This document shows, one piece after another, positions 12,472-26,275 of a stretch of DNA of 64,000 bases. The position numbers and the translations under genes are program-made. Numbering within the stretch: position 1 is the first letter of the stretch; each line of letters starts with the position of its first letter. This DNA comes from Octopus vulgaris (taxonomy: Eukaryota). Below the pieces are notes generated by a model. That model worked only from the letters and a program-made list of their open reading frames with translations, did no database searches and was not told the DNA's origin. Location of the stretch: contig OX597820.1 of the NCBI GenBank assembly GCA_951406725.2, forward strand, positions 119,908,001 to 119,972,000. The letters are read 5' to 3'.

Positions 12472-15400
12472 CTTTTTTTTTTCTTCTTTCAAATTTTCTT
12501 CCATTTCTTGCCGAGTGTCTTCCCGACTCCTAGGGCAAAGAAACTCATAGTGTATATTGGTAGGCCATTAAACCAAACTCAGTAGTTCGTTCATTTATAT
12601 TCCACTGGTGCTAAGACTTTACATCCAGAGATTAGGTGGTCCACTGTTTCAATCATGTCGTTGCAGAATCGGCATTTTGGGTCTGCTCCATTTTTTATCA
12701 CATTGGCCTGGTAGTTCCGGGTTAATAGGCTTTGGTCTTGAGCAGCCAGGATGAAACCTTCGCTCTCTGCTTTTAGCCCTGAGCTCCGCAGTCACTGATG
12801 GGTTTGCTTCTGGTCAACATCAGCTTGTTTGCTGCGGGTCACATATTTGCCGTGCAGAGGTTTCTCCTCCCACCTATCAGCCAATTGCTCGTGCGCTTTT
12901 TTCATTGCCATCATTTTCACCTTCTTTGCAAGAATAGTTGCCGTACTTCCCTCGGGTTGTTCAGTTTGGGTATCCTGCACGAGATCAATAGCAAATTTTT
13001 TGCTTTCCTTGATGATAGAATGAAGCTTCTTTCGTCTCTCGTGATTTTCCACGAGCTTTAGCATCCAGTCATTCGATATTTCGAGATATTTGGCCAGTCC
13101 AATTGTGGTTGTTTTGTAAGCTAGTTCAAATTGGATCAGGCCTCGACCTCCTTGGGCTCTGGGAAGGTAAAGGCGATCTACGTCTGCCTTTGGGTGGTGC
13201 ATCCTATTACAACTCAGCAGCTTGCGTATTTTTCTATCTATATTCTTTACTTCACTCATATTCCAGTTCAACACATTGTAGCTATAAGTAACAACTGGAA
13301 CTGCTAAGGAATTTATAGCTAACACCTTGTTACGTGCATTTAGTTCAGATTTCAGGACTGCACGAACTCTCCTATAACATTCCTTCCTGATTTTCTCTTT
13401 CATGCTTGCATGCTGAATACCAGAGCCTTCATTTATCCCTAAATATTTGTATGTTTGTTCTTGCTCAAGCTCTCTTATGACTGTGTCAACATCTAACACG
13501 ACTGAATTTGTGGTCTTCACTTTCCCTTTCTGGAAAGTGGCCTTGGCACACTTCTCAAGTCCAAACTCCATCCCGATGTCATCGCTGAATGCTTTCACGG
13601 TGCGCAATAGGCCTTCAAGTTCATTATTGTCTTTGCCATAAAGTTTTAAGTCATCCATATAAAATAGATGGCTTATTTTTGTATTGGCAATTTTATACCC
13701 ATACCCTGTTCTGTTTAATTCACTTGTAAGGGGTATTAGGGCTATGCAGAATATTAAAGGTGAAAGTGAGTCACCTTGAAAAATTCCACAGTTGATGTTT
13801 ATATTTTCTGAGGCAAGTACTCCATTAGAGTGGTATAATTGGAGATTCGTATTCCACAACGACATATTGTGCTTCAGGAAGTTTGAAATCACAGGGGAAA
13901 TTTTGAAGATGTCCAGCGATCTCAAGATCCATGGATGCGGTATACTGTCGAATGCCTTTTTATAGTCAATCCATGCGGAGCTGAGATTTCTGCGATTGTT
14001 GTGACAGTTCTCAAGGATCATACGATTGATTAGCAGTTGATCTTTGCATCCGTAAGAGCCTCGGCGGCACCCTTTTTTTTTCAATGGGGAAAATATCGTT
14101 CTTCTCCATGAATGCATATGTTTTCTCCGCCAGGATAGATGTTAGGATTTTATATGTGGTGGATAGACAGGTTATAGGCCGATAGTTTTTTGGAAGGTTG
14201 GTTTCGTTATTCTTTGGGAGTAGGTAAGTAATGCCACATGCTAACCATTCAGGTGTTTTCTTTGGGTCTCTCATAATTCCATTGAGCAGCTGAACTAGCT
14301 TACCGTGTGCGCACGGGAGTGATGCGAGCCAGAAATTCGGCACCCTATCTTTACCGGGGGATTTCCAATTATGGGCCTTCGTGAGTGCCTTTCTTAGGTC
14401 TGCTATTGTGATGTCTTCCCATGCTTGTTGTTGTAAATTTTGGTAGGATCCTTCAGTTTGTATAATCCAGTCTGCATTTATGTTGTACGTCTTCTTGTCA
14501 CTCTGTAGATGGGAACAGCTTGTAAAACTTGTTTCTCTTCTCAAATCTTCGTATTCTTTGGGCTTTTGCTTGGACTTTTTGTTTCAGCGTTTCTTTTATT
14601 GATATCAGTTCTTCTCTTGGTGAGGATCCAAATTTTCTCTTCATCTTTCTTCCTGTTCTGGATCTTACATCATTTCCACATATTAGTTCATTTAATATTG
14701 ATATTTCCCCTCTCATAAATTCGATCTCTTTTTCAATTTTACTTCTCCAGGTTTGATTTCTTCCCAGGTTTTGTTTTCTTTGTTTTTTCGGGGGCATACA
14801 GCTGGTTTCAATTGCCCTAGCAGAAGCGTAAATAATTTCATTTAACTCAGTAAAATCAGGTTTTAATTCTCGTATTATTTCATTTGTTACATAGTTGCCA
14901 ATTTGGATTTGTTTTTTATTTTGGTTTGTATTTGAGAGTTTATGAAGCGGTTCTCTATCATTCATATTTGTATGTCTTACAACTTCAAGCGTATTCAGGA
15001 TTTTCTGCCTCATTTCTGCCATAGACTCTCTGTGTTCTTCAGCAAATGCGAGATCTTCAGTTACTGTTGTTTTTTCGTTTTCCTGGCTATCTTTAACAGG
15101 TACAATAGAATTTCTTGTATCGTCAGGCCTTTGCGTACTTCGGTCAGATGGCAGTCTTTCAATTAAGCCTCGTGGCGGGCTATACTGTTCATCTGATTCT
15201 TCATTTCCTTTGTGTCTTATGTTTATGTCATTTTCCGTTGCGTGCTTGATCGCGCTTATTTCACTGTCTGTGAGTCTGTTATTTCTAAAGATATCCCTCC
15301 TCACATTTGCTAATTTGTTCTCGTCCAAATAGGGCCTACTGTCTTGATTCCGTGTTCTCCATATACTGTAAGAGTTTGCGGTGTGTCTCTCTTGAGATGG

Positions 15401-15770
15401 CCTACCTAATGCATAGTAATAAGCGTATATTACTTCTTTATACTCTTCTCGGGTCCATTTGTTTCGCTTACATTTTTCTTTCTGTGGTGGTTGTGGTGGT
15501 GAACTTGCAGGGCTCGAGTTGGGAGATTTCCCGTTCAAGTGACCATCCATGTCCGTATTCGGAGAAGAGTTTGTGCCAGTTGATGACTTTTCGATCCCAG
15601 GCTGGCTTTTCCTTGGGGGACGCGCTTCCAGATTAACCATAGGACAAGCGATTTGGTATACTGATTTAGTTTTCCTTTTAGTTTCCAAAAACATTTTGGT
15701 GCTACGATAATGTTATCATTTTTGAGCTTTGATTGGCTCGTGGGGAGACGGCCATCATTGCCGTTACAAT
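12472..15770 (-). mobile_element. R4/Dong-clade non-LTR retrotransposon, near full length, defective
   Basis: N-terminal RNKWTREEYKEVIYAYY. RT motifs WKSPGKD, NYRPITCL, IDYKKAFDS, QGDSLSP, YMDD, YKYLG. CCHC CRFC...H...C. 3' UTR followed by a (TAA)n tail at 12437-12471. The 5' boundary is approximate. Confidence 0.9.
12590..15694 (-). pseudogene. Disrupted single ORF of the R4/Dong LINE (reverse transcriptase and CCHC finger; RLE domain deleted)
   Basis: ORF pieces 14498-15694, 14011-14544 and 12792-14117. Frameshift or deletion near 14510, A-run frameshift near 14075, TGA at 12792. The frame continues LRSSGLKAESEGFILAAQDQ...CRFCNDMIETVDHLISGCKVLAPVEYK* and then jumps to the 3' UTR. Confidence 0.9.
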
Positions 15771-16131
15771 TATAATCGTACCATTATAGCAGCCGTAGTC
15801 GGCTTATTATTGTTATTATCATCACCATTACCATCACTATCATCATTATCACCACCATTACCATTATCATTATCATCATCACCATCACCACCATCATCAT
15901 CAGTGATATTGTTTTATGTGTAGTCACAGCAGTATCTTATTATTGTTATTTTTGTTTTTTTATCATTATCACCATCACAGTAGTGTCTGTCTGTCTCGTT
16001 GGCTGGCTGACTGTCTTTTTTTTTTTTTTTTTTTTTTTTCACTATCGGTCAAAAAAAGTTCAGATGTTTACTACTATTAGGCTTAAGAAAAATTAAGGAA
16101 GGGCTGTTCTGTATTGTTTGTGAATAGAGAA

Positions 16132-16132
<1 letters not shown>

Positions 16133-16190
<58 letters not shown>

Positions 16191-16193
16191 TAC

Positions 16194-16253
<60 letters not shown>
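16133..16253. repeat. (TTA)n microsatellite
   Basis: Direct reading. Confidence 0.95.
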
Positions 16254-16254
<1 letters not shown>

Positions 16255-16681
16255 GAAGAACAAATCAAGAGAAACCATTTGACACTATGGGGTGACCGAC
16301 AAGCATCCCACACAACATGTAATTTACATTGATGAATAGCAATCAACCACACAAAATAATCGTCAAAATAGCACAACGAACATGCAACATCCTTATAATA
16401 AATACACGATAGTAGTGTAAGATTTCAGGCAAAATATAAACAAAACTTCTATGAGGAACTGCTTGTTAAAACATTGACAACCAACCGAAAGGTTGGAATA
16501 TTCATTACTCCATGAGTGTGAGAGATAAACATTATTATACGCAAATACGAGGCGTCGACACGAACAAAAAATCATCCGCAGAATTTGATTGGCCTCAAGT
16601 TCGATACCCTAAAATGGACAAGTAAGATAGGTACGTGCTATCAAGAGCGCCTCATGCTACTGGACCGATAGAGCTGTTAAA

Positions 16682-17079
16682 TCTTTATATATAAAAAAAG
16701 AGGTTGTGTGTCTGTCTCCTACGATTTTGATTCCTAACTACTCCCACATTTTGCGGTGCAGTTTAACCAAAAGCGGGTATCTTATAGTCGTGATTCATAT
16801 CGAGCCCTTCTGGGTATTAGCGCGCGCCTACGATGAGTCTACGATTTAAAAAAATAATTTACCATCATTTTTTCCATTTTAATGCATTTTTTCGCTATTA
16901 TATAAGGGAAGTGACTCTCTAAAAATGTCTACGATGAGTCAACGATTTAAAAAAAAATTACCATAATTTTATTTCCATTTTTGATGCATTTTTTTGCTAT
17001 TTTTTGGCTATAACTCTCTAAAAATGCTTATATAGTTATTTCCCTTACAAACCCGAGCAACGCCGGGCGATACTGCTAG
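16682..17079 (+). mobile_element. Non-autonomous Helitron
   Basis: 5' TC (TCTTTATATATAAAA), 3' hairpin CCCGAGCAACGCCGGG then CTAG end, inserted between A and T with no TSD. Internal ~100-bp tandem duplication (CTACGATGAGTC...). Confidence 0.85.
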
Positions 17080-18601
17080 TTGCTCATAAATGTCTTTCGG
17101 TTGATGTAGATTTCCAGATAAGTGTGACGATCAGGATGGCTAGTCCATTCAGATATGACTCAAAAGTAAACTCTCACTGGAATGTCGGGTAGAGCGAATA
17201 AATACCTACTTTGCGTCTGTTATCTTCGACGGCCTGACCGTCGTACTTTGACTTCCCTCGTGGATGACTTCTATTCTGACTTCTTTAGCGGACGTGTGAT
17301 CGGATTAGTCCGCCATTTCCTAATCAATATACGCTGTGTAGAGGACTGGTCTTTCTGTGTCAAATGTTGCAGAGACATGCACTCTGCTTAAAACATTCCC
17401 AGGACATTTCAATGTAATAAAAGTTAAAAAGTTAAATATATTAAACTAAACAGCTAATATTTCCTGTTCTGATGTGGAAAATTGTACTGCAATTCATGGT
17501 GTGACCAGTGTATGTATTAATTCATATTTTAAAAATATATGATGAGTACATTTTGAAATTCACATGTGAGTGAGTATCGTATATCTACGAAATGTACCTA
17601 TCTTTACAAAAGCTGTTCTGATTATATATTACAATGATGATAACTGAAATTAATAGTTATGTTCATAAAAGTAACTGGAGTCTCAGCTTAGAAGCAAGGA
17701 TGAGGAAACTACTGAAAACTGTTGGTAACAGCTCAGCTTTTTTTCGAAAAAATAGAGATCATTCCTTTATTTTTCGCAATCATGTTATTTTAGATTTTTC
17801 TCTGTCAAATCGAAAATCATTACCGTAAACGAGGCATTATTAGCACCGAAAAGTCTATCGCATTTCCCTAAGTTCTTAGCATCTAAGTTTCTTCGCAAGC
17901 CATGGCATTCATTGCCTTTCCTTCAAACGTACTTAAACTGAACTATATAAATATTTTAAACTTTTAACAATTTCAAATCTTTCATCGAACTTTAAATAGA
18001 TAAATCAACTAGAGAAATCGAGTACTCAGACATCTAGAGATTCCCACTAATTATTAATTTATCCCTTTGAAAATACTGTGAACTTTACTTCATATGTATC
18101 AGCATTATATTAGATAAACTACTTTACGACATTTTTGTACGTAGATAGTTTTTGCTCAAAGTCTCACTTCTTTGAACATTTTACAAAGGGGAGTCTCGAA
18201 ATGTACTAAATTTATATTCAAGTATATATGTAATTTCAACAATGTATTACACTTTCAACGTCTGTATTAGAAACTGAAGCATTGTGAATTATACATTATT
18301 TGCAACACTTCATATTTATCTAAGTACATTATTCAAAATATTGGCACATATACCAATGTCCTTTTGACCGCTCCAATAAAACATGTACCCGTTCGAAGCA
18401 TCAATCTAATATTTACTCGGACATACTTTCATTGTAAACGAAAACCAGCTTCGATTTCACTCGTACACAATTAGATTAAACCTCACAAATATTCATACAT
18501 TTATAATACTCGCGTTTCACTAAAACAGATATTGCCTATACATATACATATGCTTACACTCATATATATGAGTGTGTGTGTGTATGTGGGTATGTGTATG
18601 C

Positions 18602-18656
<55 letters not shown>

Positions 18657-18700
18657 CATATACATATGTCTATATTCTTTCGCTTCTTTTCTTTTATATA

Positions 18701-18759
<59 letters not shown>

Positions 18760-19222
18760 AGATAGATAGATAGAAAGATCAAATCAGTGTAAAGCTGTTT
18801 TTATTTTGATTTTAGTAACAAACATTAAGACCATGTATATGTATGTATATAATGTTTGTATGTATGTATATATACCTATATGTCAATATGTATGCATGTA
18901 TAAATAAATGAATATATATATATATTTGCATACATATATATACATATATATAGATAGATAGATAGATATCTGTATAAGTAAACATGTAAATATATATGTA
19001 TATATATGTATATATATATATATACATACAGTTTCCCGTATACAGAGACATAAATACACACATACATATATACACACAAACATACATCCATGCATACATA
19101 CACACATTAGATACATACAGACATACACATATACACACGTCCATAATACATTCATATATAAATACGTACATACATACATACATACGTACATACATACATA
19201 CATACATACATACATACATACA

Positions 19223-19256
<34 letters not shown>

Positions 19257-19547
19257 GAGTATTCAAATCTTGTTATGGTTGATGCCTTCAAGTCTTTAAT
19301 TTTCCGGAAATTCTCAATTTTTTCAACTACCTTTTCATATAAATCCAGGGGATCACAGAGTCTAATTGGATCTTTGATATGCTCTGGGTAAAATAAATAT
19401 AAATAAACTGACGCCGTATTCGCGTTTGCCGTACAATTTCGAAAATTACTACTTCAGGTCCGCTCTTTACATGCTGTAATAAATGACAAATATATTTTAT
19501 TTGCTTAATTGTCCATGATTCATTTAAACCATCATTTATTATTATTA

Positions 19548-20262
19548 CTGAATGAGAGATGAGTGCATGCAATCAAAGTGGCACTGGAGTAAAATATACG
19601 AAGCCCAGTATACCCATCATGACTACCCGTCTGATAAGCGTATACCAGGCACATGCATCACAACCATATCTACGCGACATGGTGATCTCTTATCAAGATA
19701 AACAGTGCATGATCTTGCAGTTGAGGCTCAGTTAGAATTTTCTTCTGGTCGAGTAACCCATTCCGCTCAAAAGGTCCCCGAATCTGGGTTGTTTACCGAT
19801 GTTGAACGAAACAATCATGTTTCCAGAGATGCACATATCTATTTCTTTATTACCCACAAGGGGCTAAACAGGATGAAAGGCAAAGTCGACATCGTCGGAA
19901 TTTGAACTCTGAATATAGCGGCAGACGAAATAACTATTTCTTTACTACCCACAAGGGGCTAAACACAGAGAAGACAAACAAGGACAGACAAACGGATTAA
20001 GTCGATTACATCGACCCCAGTGCGTAACTGGTACTTAATTTATTGACCCCGAAAGGATGAAAGGCAAAGTCGACCTCGGCGGAATTTGAACTCACAACGT
20101 AACACAGACGAAATACCGCTAAGCATTTCGCCCGACGTGCTAACGTTTCTGCCAACGAGATGCACATATCGTCAGCCACGAAGAGACATCTTCAACCGGT
20201 TAAAGTCAAACAACTGACAAGCAAATCTGTGGAACAGTGTTGAATATTTGCTGTAGCCCATC
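19548..20262 (-). mobile_element. Second copy of the 11871-12436 repeat, interrupted by a SINE
   Basis: High similarity to 11871-12340. Lacks the segment between two CAGAGATG microhomologies. Confidence 0.8.
19840..20156 (-). mobile_element. Family D SINE dimer (second unit internally deleted)
   Basis: 14-bp TSD GAGATGCACATATC at 19826-19839 and 20157-20170. B box GAGTTCAAATTCC. Confidence 0.85.
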
Positions 20263-20365
20263 TATACTCATCCTCTTCCTCCTCCTACCTATCATCCTCC
20301 TCCCATCTATAATCATCATCGTCGTCGTTGTCATCGTCATCTTTGTCGTCGTCGTTGTCATCATC

Positions 20366-20397
<32 letters not shown>

Positions 20398-20424
20398 CAT
20401 CATCGTCATCATTATCGTGATATT

Positions 20425-20930
20425 TTAGTATTGCTTTCATTTCTTGCCGATTGTCTTCCTGACACCTAGTGAAAAGGAACTCACTGTATACATTGGTAGG
20501 CCACTGAAATAACCAAATCAGACTGATCCTTTACAATGTCATGTGATAGAGAAAGAAGGTAAGAAAGACAGATAAGGAAAGGAAAAGAGCAAGAAAAAAA
20601 AAATGGCAAAAGTACACAAAGAAAAGAAAGGAGAAATTTTTTTAAAAATCCAAATTCACAGCGACAATGCTTTTCTTAAGACAATCATTTGCACTCCCTG
20701 TAGGGATCATCATCAGCAAATTTTCCATTCCTTTTTAATCATTCCAAGTGCTCCTACAATCACTGGTATTGTAACCGTCTTGGGATACCACATCTTTTCG
20801 ATATCAATCTGCAAGTCTTTATATTGTCTCAGTTTATCAAATTCTTTTGCCGACATATTATGATCGCAAGGTACCTTTATGTCAATCAATGAACAGACTT
20901 AATTGTTTTAGCCTTTCACATCAATATCTG
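20425..20930 (-). mobile_element. Degenerate R4/Dong 3' fragment (RLE domain and 3' UTR)
   Basis: Minus translation approximates PDI...LFID...FDKLRQYKDLQIDIEKMWYPKTVTIPVIVGALGMIKK...LRKALSL*. UTR resembles 12480-12580. Confidence 0.75.
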
Positions 20931-20988
<58 letters not shown>

Positions 20989-20989
<1 letters not shown>

Positions 20990-21657
20990 GTTTTTTCCTT
21001 CTTTCTTCAAATTTTCTTCCGTTTCTAGCCGAGTGTTTTCCATACACCTAGGGCAGAGAAGCTCATTTTATGCGTTCCCAGATAATACACGCAAATTCAC
21101 AGATAAAATATGTATTTAAAAATTAATAAATATATAAATTCATGGATGGGTGTTGTTTTCACAGCGATAATGCTCTTCTGCTCTTCTCAGTACTTGAGCC
21201 GTTCCAGTTTATACGATTTTTTGCACTTCCTGTAGGGATGGTAAGCCTGGTATCATTTTGAAATAGGTTTCAGTACCTTTTTTTTTTAATTATTCCTAGA
21301 GATTCTACAATCACTGGTACTGTAGTCGCCTTGAGAAGCCACATTTTTTCAATTTCTATTAGCAAGTCTTTATATTTACTGATCTTGTCAAATTCTTTCG
21401 CCGCTATATTGTGATCACAGGGAATACTCATGTCAATTAATAAACACATCTTTTTTGTCTGATCTTTTATAATAATATCCGGTTTATTAGCTTTTATAGT
21501 CTTGTCGGTCTGTACGGGGAAGTCCTATAGAATCGACACATTTTCTCCCTCAGTCACAGCTTCAGGATGGTGTTTATACCATTTGTCAGCGGTTTTGATT
21601 TTATAATACCGACATATTGTCCAATGTAAATACTGGCAGACTCTGTCATGTCTTGCT
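20989..21657 (-). mobile_element. R4/Dong 3' fragment (RLE domain and 3' UTR) between two (TAA)n tracts
   Basis: ARHDRVCQYLHWTIC...KWYKHHP...L*DFPVQTDKTIKANKPDIIIKD...LIDMSIP...KEFDKISKYKDL. Confidence 0.9.
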
Positions 21658-21661
21658 ATTA

Positions 21662-21720
<59 letters not shown>

Positions 21721-21751
21721 GTTATTATCATCATCATCATCATCATCATAA

Positions 21752-21784
<33 letters not shown>

Positions 21785-21807
21785 GTCGTAGTAGTAGTAG
21801 TCGTAGC

Positions 21808-21862
<55 letters not shown>

Positions 21863-21959
21863 TTGTTATTATTGTCATTATTATTATCATTATTATTATA
21901 ATTTATTGTATCGTCTCGTGTTGTCTTTTATATAAAGGTGCTTTCACACTAGTATCTTA

Positions 21960-22850
21960 ACTAGTCTGAATAGGGTTTCTTCAGACGTCTGGTGTTTCCT
22001 TTAGAACTTGATCTTCATTTGTCCTTATTAGGACAGAGTGGAAGTAGCTGATGGGAGAAGTGTTTGTAAAAATCCTCCAAACTACTTCTCCAAAATGTAT
22101 TTGCTGATTGGCCCAGCGTGGATATAGCCACGCTACGTCGAGAATTCCAGATCGAATCACCACATCCAGATGTAGTGGAGATACTTAGACAGGGACCTGG
22201 TTACTGGAACTAAACGCATATTTACCAGCGGACCGAGCTGACAAAGACCTTTAGAAAGAACTATTTAAGAGGCATTTGACGAAGACTATTGTTAACAACT
22301 TATGTTGGCCGAGAAAGTGTTTTTATATTAGAATCGATTAAAGTTAAAGAAAAAAGCTATAAAGCATTTAAGGCTAGTGGGAGAGTTTTTTTAAGAACTT
22401 AGCAGAGGCGCTTAGCAAAGACATGGTGATACGACGTGCATACGGCCGCCCGAATAGCTCTTGACAATTGAGTTGTCAGAGCTAAGGAACACGCTCTAAA
22501 ACATAATGAAAGAATAGCTGTTCGATGGTCATAGTTAGACGAGCTTGAAGGTAGCTCAAAACTGCTATTGACAAATGTGTGTTTGACGGATCGGTGCTGA
22601 GTACGCTTCTCGCTTCAAAGTGGAAGCATATGACTATTCAGCGACAAAGTGCACGAATGTTTGGGGTGAGTGACGGCTTACTGAGCGCGGAGAACTCTAC
22701 CGCCCAGGATGACGGCCACCGATGGCTCTAGTATAGTAAAGTGGAGTTCTGATAAAGATCGATAGCAGAAGGTGCAATGAAGGAAACGTTGACAGTCTTC
22801 ATGAAGTGACACGGGTTCGATGTATTGCTTCACGATTTATATTTGCATAC
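21960..22850 (+). mobile_element. Degenerate L1/Tx1-clade ORF2 fragment (endonuclease end to RT start)
   Basis: GGACCTGGTTACTGGAACTAAACGCA is approximately GPGYWKLNA. VVRAKEHALKHNE is homologous to 26815-27190. Boundaries approximate. Confidence 0.55.
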
Positions 22851-23037
22851 GCAACGCTTATTTTAGGTGCAATTTGCGGATATCTGAATAAACAAGAAAT
22901 ACCATCGTATCATATATTACACACTTATACAGACACACACACACAAACACACACACAGGTGTCTCTCTACGTATATATCTGACTATATGCACATACATTG
23001 ATACACACAGAGATATATTTATTTACTATATACACGT

Positions 23038-23315
<278 letters not shown>

Positions 23316-23626
23316 TGTGTTCATATATACACTTAAGGAAACATTGATAGCAATCGTATTTATTTCAAGGGAGAGATATATTTATATAATAGTAATATAA
23401 AATAAACTGATGTTGATAAGGCGTCAAAACTCTTACCCATAAATAATGTTCTAAAGAGGTGGAAACCAGCGAATATAGATGGCGCTTTGTCGAACACAAT
23501 ATTTACTGATCACGATTGATTAGAAACTGTTGCTCTGTCACTGTCAAAGTGAATCCCATTAATTATCAATCAATCATTATATATATACATTCTTGCGTCT
23601 GCTTACCAGGAGGCAGGCACACGTGA

Positions 23627-23674
<48 letters not shown>

Positions 23675-23736
23675 CCACACACATGCATACACACACACAT
23701 ACATATATATATATGTAAATTTTCACCTATGTTTAT

Positions 23737-23819
<83 letters not shown>

Positions 23820-24758
23820 ATATATATACACACATGTATATGTACACAAACTCACTCACCCTCCCTCTCTTCCTCTCTCTCACTCTCTTTATATATATAT
23901 ATATGTATATATATATACACATACACACACACATATAAATATATATACACATAATACACACACACATATACATATGCTCACATACATACGTATGTGTGTA
24001 TAAAAATATATATGTAAATATACACCTATGTCTATATATGTATATATATACATTTCCCTTTTTCAATTTACAGACAGATGTATATGTTTGGATACATTAC
24101 TATTTTGTAGAAGAAAAAATCGGAAAGTGCTGAACTTTGTATTTTATAGTTGCAAAACTAGTTGTCTAGAGACAGAGAGAAATGTTTAATTAGTCATATA
24201 CCAACCGAGTTGTATAGCTTGTTGTGTAGATTCATGTTATTTAACATTTTAGCTCATATATTTTAAACGTAAAATATTTGTTATCTTAGTGCTACTTTCA
24301 TAGTTTCCATACATATATTTTACACGAATGAAGATAAGAATTCCGGGACAGCTGGTTATTTTTGCAAAGACCATTCAACACATCTCTGATACATATGTTT
24401 TAGCAACCACAGTAAAACCTATATTTCAACGACTAACGTTAAATGCAGCTAATGAGTAACTGTAAAATATTATCTCCATACATACATATCAGATATTTCA
24501 CTATCGAATTTATTACCTCAACCAAGAGCAGACTCATAATTTGTAACGCACCTGCAACAATGTACACAGACAGGGGTAGGGGCAGTAAATGATGTTTGTT
24601 GCTTGATTAATCATGGAAATTTTGCTTTCTTCGTCTCGAGGTAGATATACCTTTCAAGTCTAGGGAATAACATTGTATGCCCTTTATTTAAAGACTTGCT
24701 ATCCGTTCATGATATGTTATTTTTTTACACCTTATAACATTTTTTGTGTATATAATTC

Positions 24759-25363
24759 AATTTCTTTACAACCCACAAGGGGCTAAACACAGAGACGATA
24801 AACAAGGACAGACATACGGATTAAGTCGATTATATCGACCCCAGTGCGTAACTGGTACTTATTTAATCGACCCCGAAAGGATGAAAGGCAAAGACGACCT
24901 CGGCGGAATTTAAACTCAGAACGTAGTGGCAGACGAAATACCGCTAAGCTTCACTACCCACAAGGGGCTAAACAGAGAGACGACAAACAAGGACAGACAT
25001 ACGGATTAAGTCTATTATATCGACCCCAGTGCGTAACTGGTACTTATTTAATCGACCCCGAAACAATGAAACGCAAAGATGACCTCGGCGGAATTTGAAC
25101 ACAGAACGTAGTGGCAGACAAAATACCTATTTCTTTACTACCCACAACGGGCTAAACACAGAGACGACAAACAAGGACAGACATACGGATTAAATCTATT
25201 ATATCGAACCCCAGTGCGTAACTGGTACTTATTTAATCGACCCCGAAAGGATGAAAAGCAAAGTCGACCATTGCGGAATTTGAACTCAGAATGTAGTTGG
25301 CAGACGAAATACTGCTAAGCATTTCGCCCGGAGTGCTAACGTTTCTGCCAGCTCACCGCCTTC
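24759..25363 (-). mobile_element. Family D SINE trimer (one head, three body+tail units)
   Basis: ACCCACAA marker at 24771, 24956 and 25140. 16-bp TSD TTTGTGTATATAATTC at 24743-24758 and 25364-25379. Confidence 0.9.
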
Positions 25364-25394
25364 TTTGTGTATATAATTCGACATTATTATCATT

Positions 25395-25838
25395 GCCTTT
25401 GTAAATCTTCTAACGCTTGAGATGTACTACTGTCAGTTGTTCACTACCAGTGAACTAAGCTATCACCCCTTATTTTTCGAGCACCTTCCGGAGTATTCGA
25501 GCGATTCCTAGCAGATCTGTTTTTTGCAAGAACCCACCCTTATTGCAGCCCCTATTTGTTCCACGTGCTTCTCGAGATTTTTGGTCACATTTCCCAGGGC
25601 TCCGACAATTATTGGTACTACTGCTACCTTTTTCCTCGAACACGACTGCTTAACTTCCCAAGCTAACCTGTCACATCTATCGACTTTTCCTTTTTCCTTA
25701 GTTTTTTCCATAGTTTGTTGTTAGCTGGGCATGCTATATCTACGATCCAGCATAATTTGCTTTCTTTCTCAATTAAGATTATGTCTGGCTTCCTATTCTG
25801 TATCTCACGGTCGCACCGAATCATAAAATCCCATGGGA
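25395..25838 (-). mobile_element. R4/Dong-type 3' fragment (RLE domain)
   Basis: WDFMIRCDREIQNRKPDIILIEK...IVDIACP...VVPIIVGALGNVTKNLEKH...LLGIARILRKVLEK*. Abuts (TAA)n. Confidence 0.85.
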
Positions 25839-25842
25839 TAAC

Positions 25843-25936
<94 letters not shown>

Positions 25937-25949
25937 TCTATTTTCTCTT

Positions 25950-26275
25950 TATCACTATGGAGTTCTTTAGGGGATTAGTGGAGGGCAAGAGCGTCGACAT
26001 CCTCAGAGTAACTCTGGGTGTCGGGAGAGAGCAATTAGTTGATCCAGAGGACTTCTGGGCCTAGGCCTATGATAAACTACCAGAAATCCTTGGCCTAGCA
26101 GTGTTACCGGGAAGCTCTGCCGGTTGGAGAGAACATCTACGGACACGGAAGTGCTGTCACATGGACCTGTTCGAGGTGTGCGCAGGGCGACATTCTTCCA
26201 AACCTCACTTTTCTTATGTGTTGGATTGTACCTATTTGTTTTGTGTTCGGCCCTTGTGGCCAATAAAGAAATCCC
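25950..26275 (+). mobile_element. L1/Tx1-clade C-terminal fragment fused to its 3' tail
   Basis: NYQKSLA*QCYREALPVGENIYGHGSAVTWTCSRCAQGD (zf-RVT-like), then GCCCTTGTGGCCAATAAAGAAAT and short (TTA)n. Confidence 0.65.

Noticed and set aside
15715-15775. HDV-like ribozyme at the 5' end of the Dong element (GATGGCCGTCTCCCCACGAGCCAATC on minus)
   Set aside because: Only a small hairpin. P1.1, P2 and the catalytic C-A-A strand could not be assigned
24759-25363. Regularly spaced repeats as a CRISPR-like array (also 1-203 and 46995-47300)
   Set aside because: Units are contiguous with no unique spacers, no cas genes are present and the context is eukaryotic
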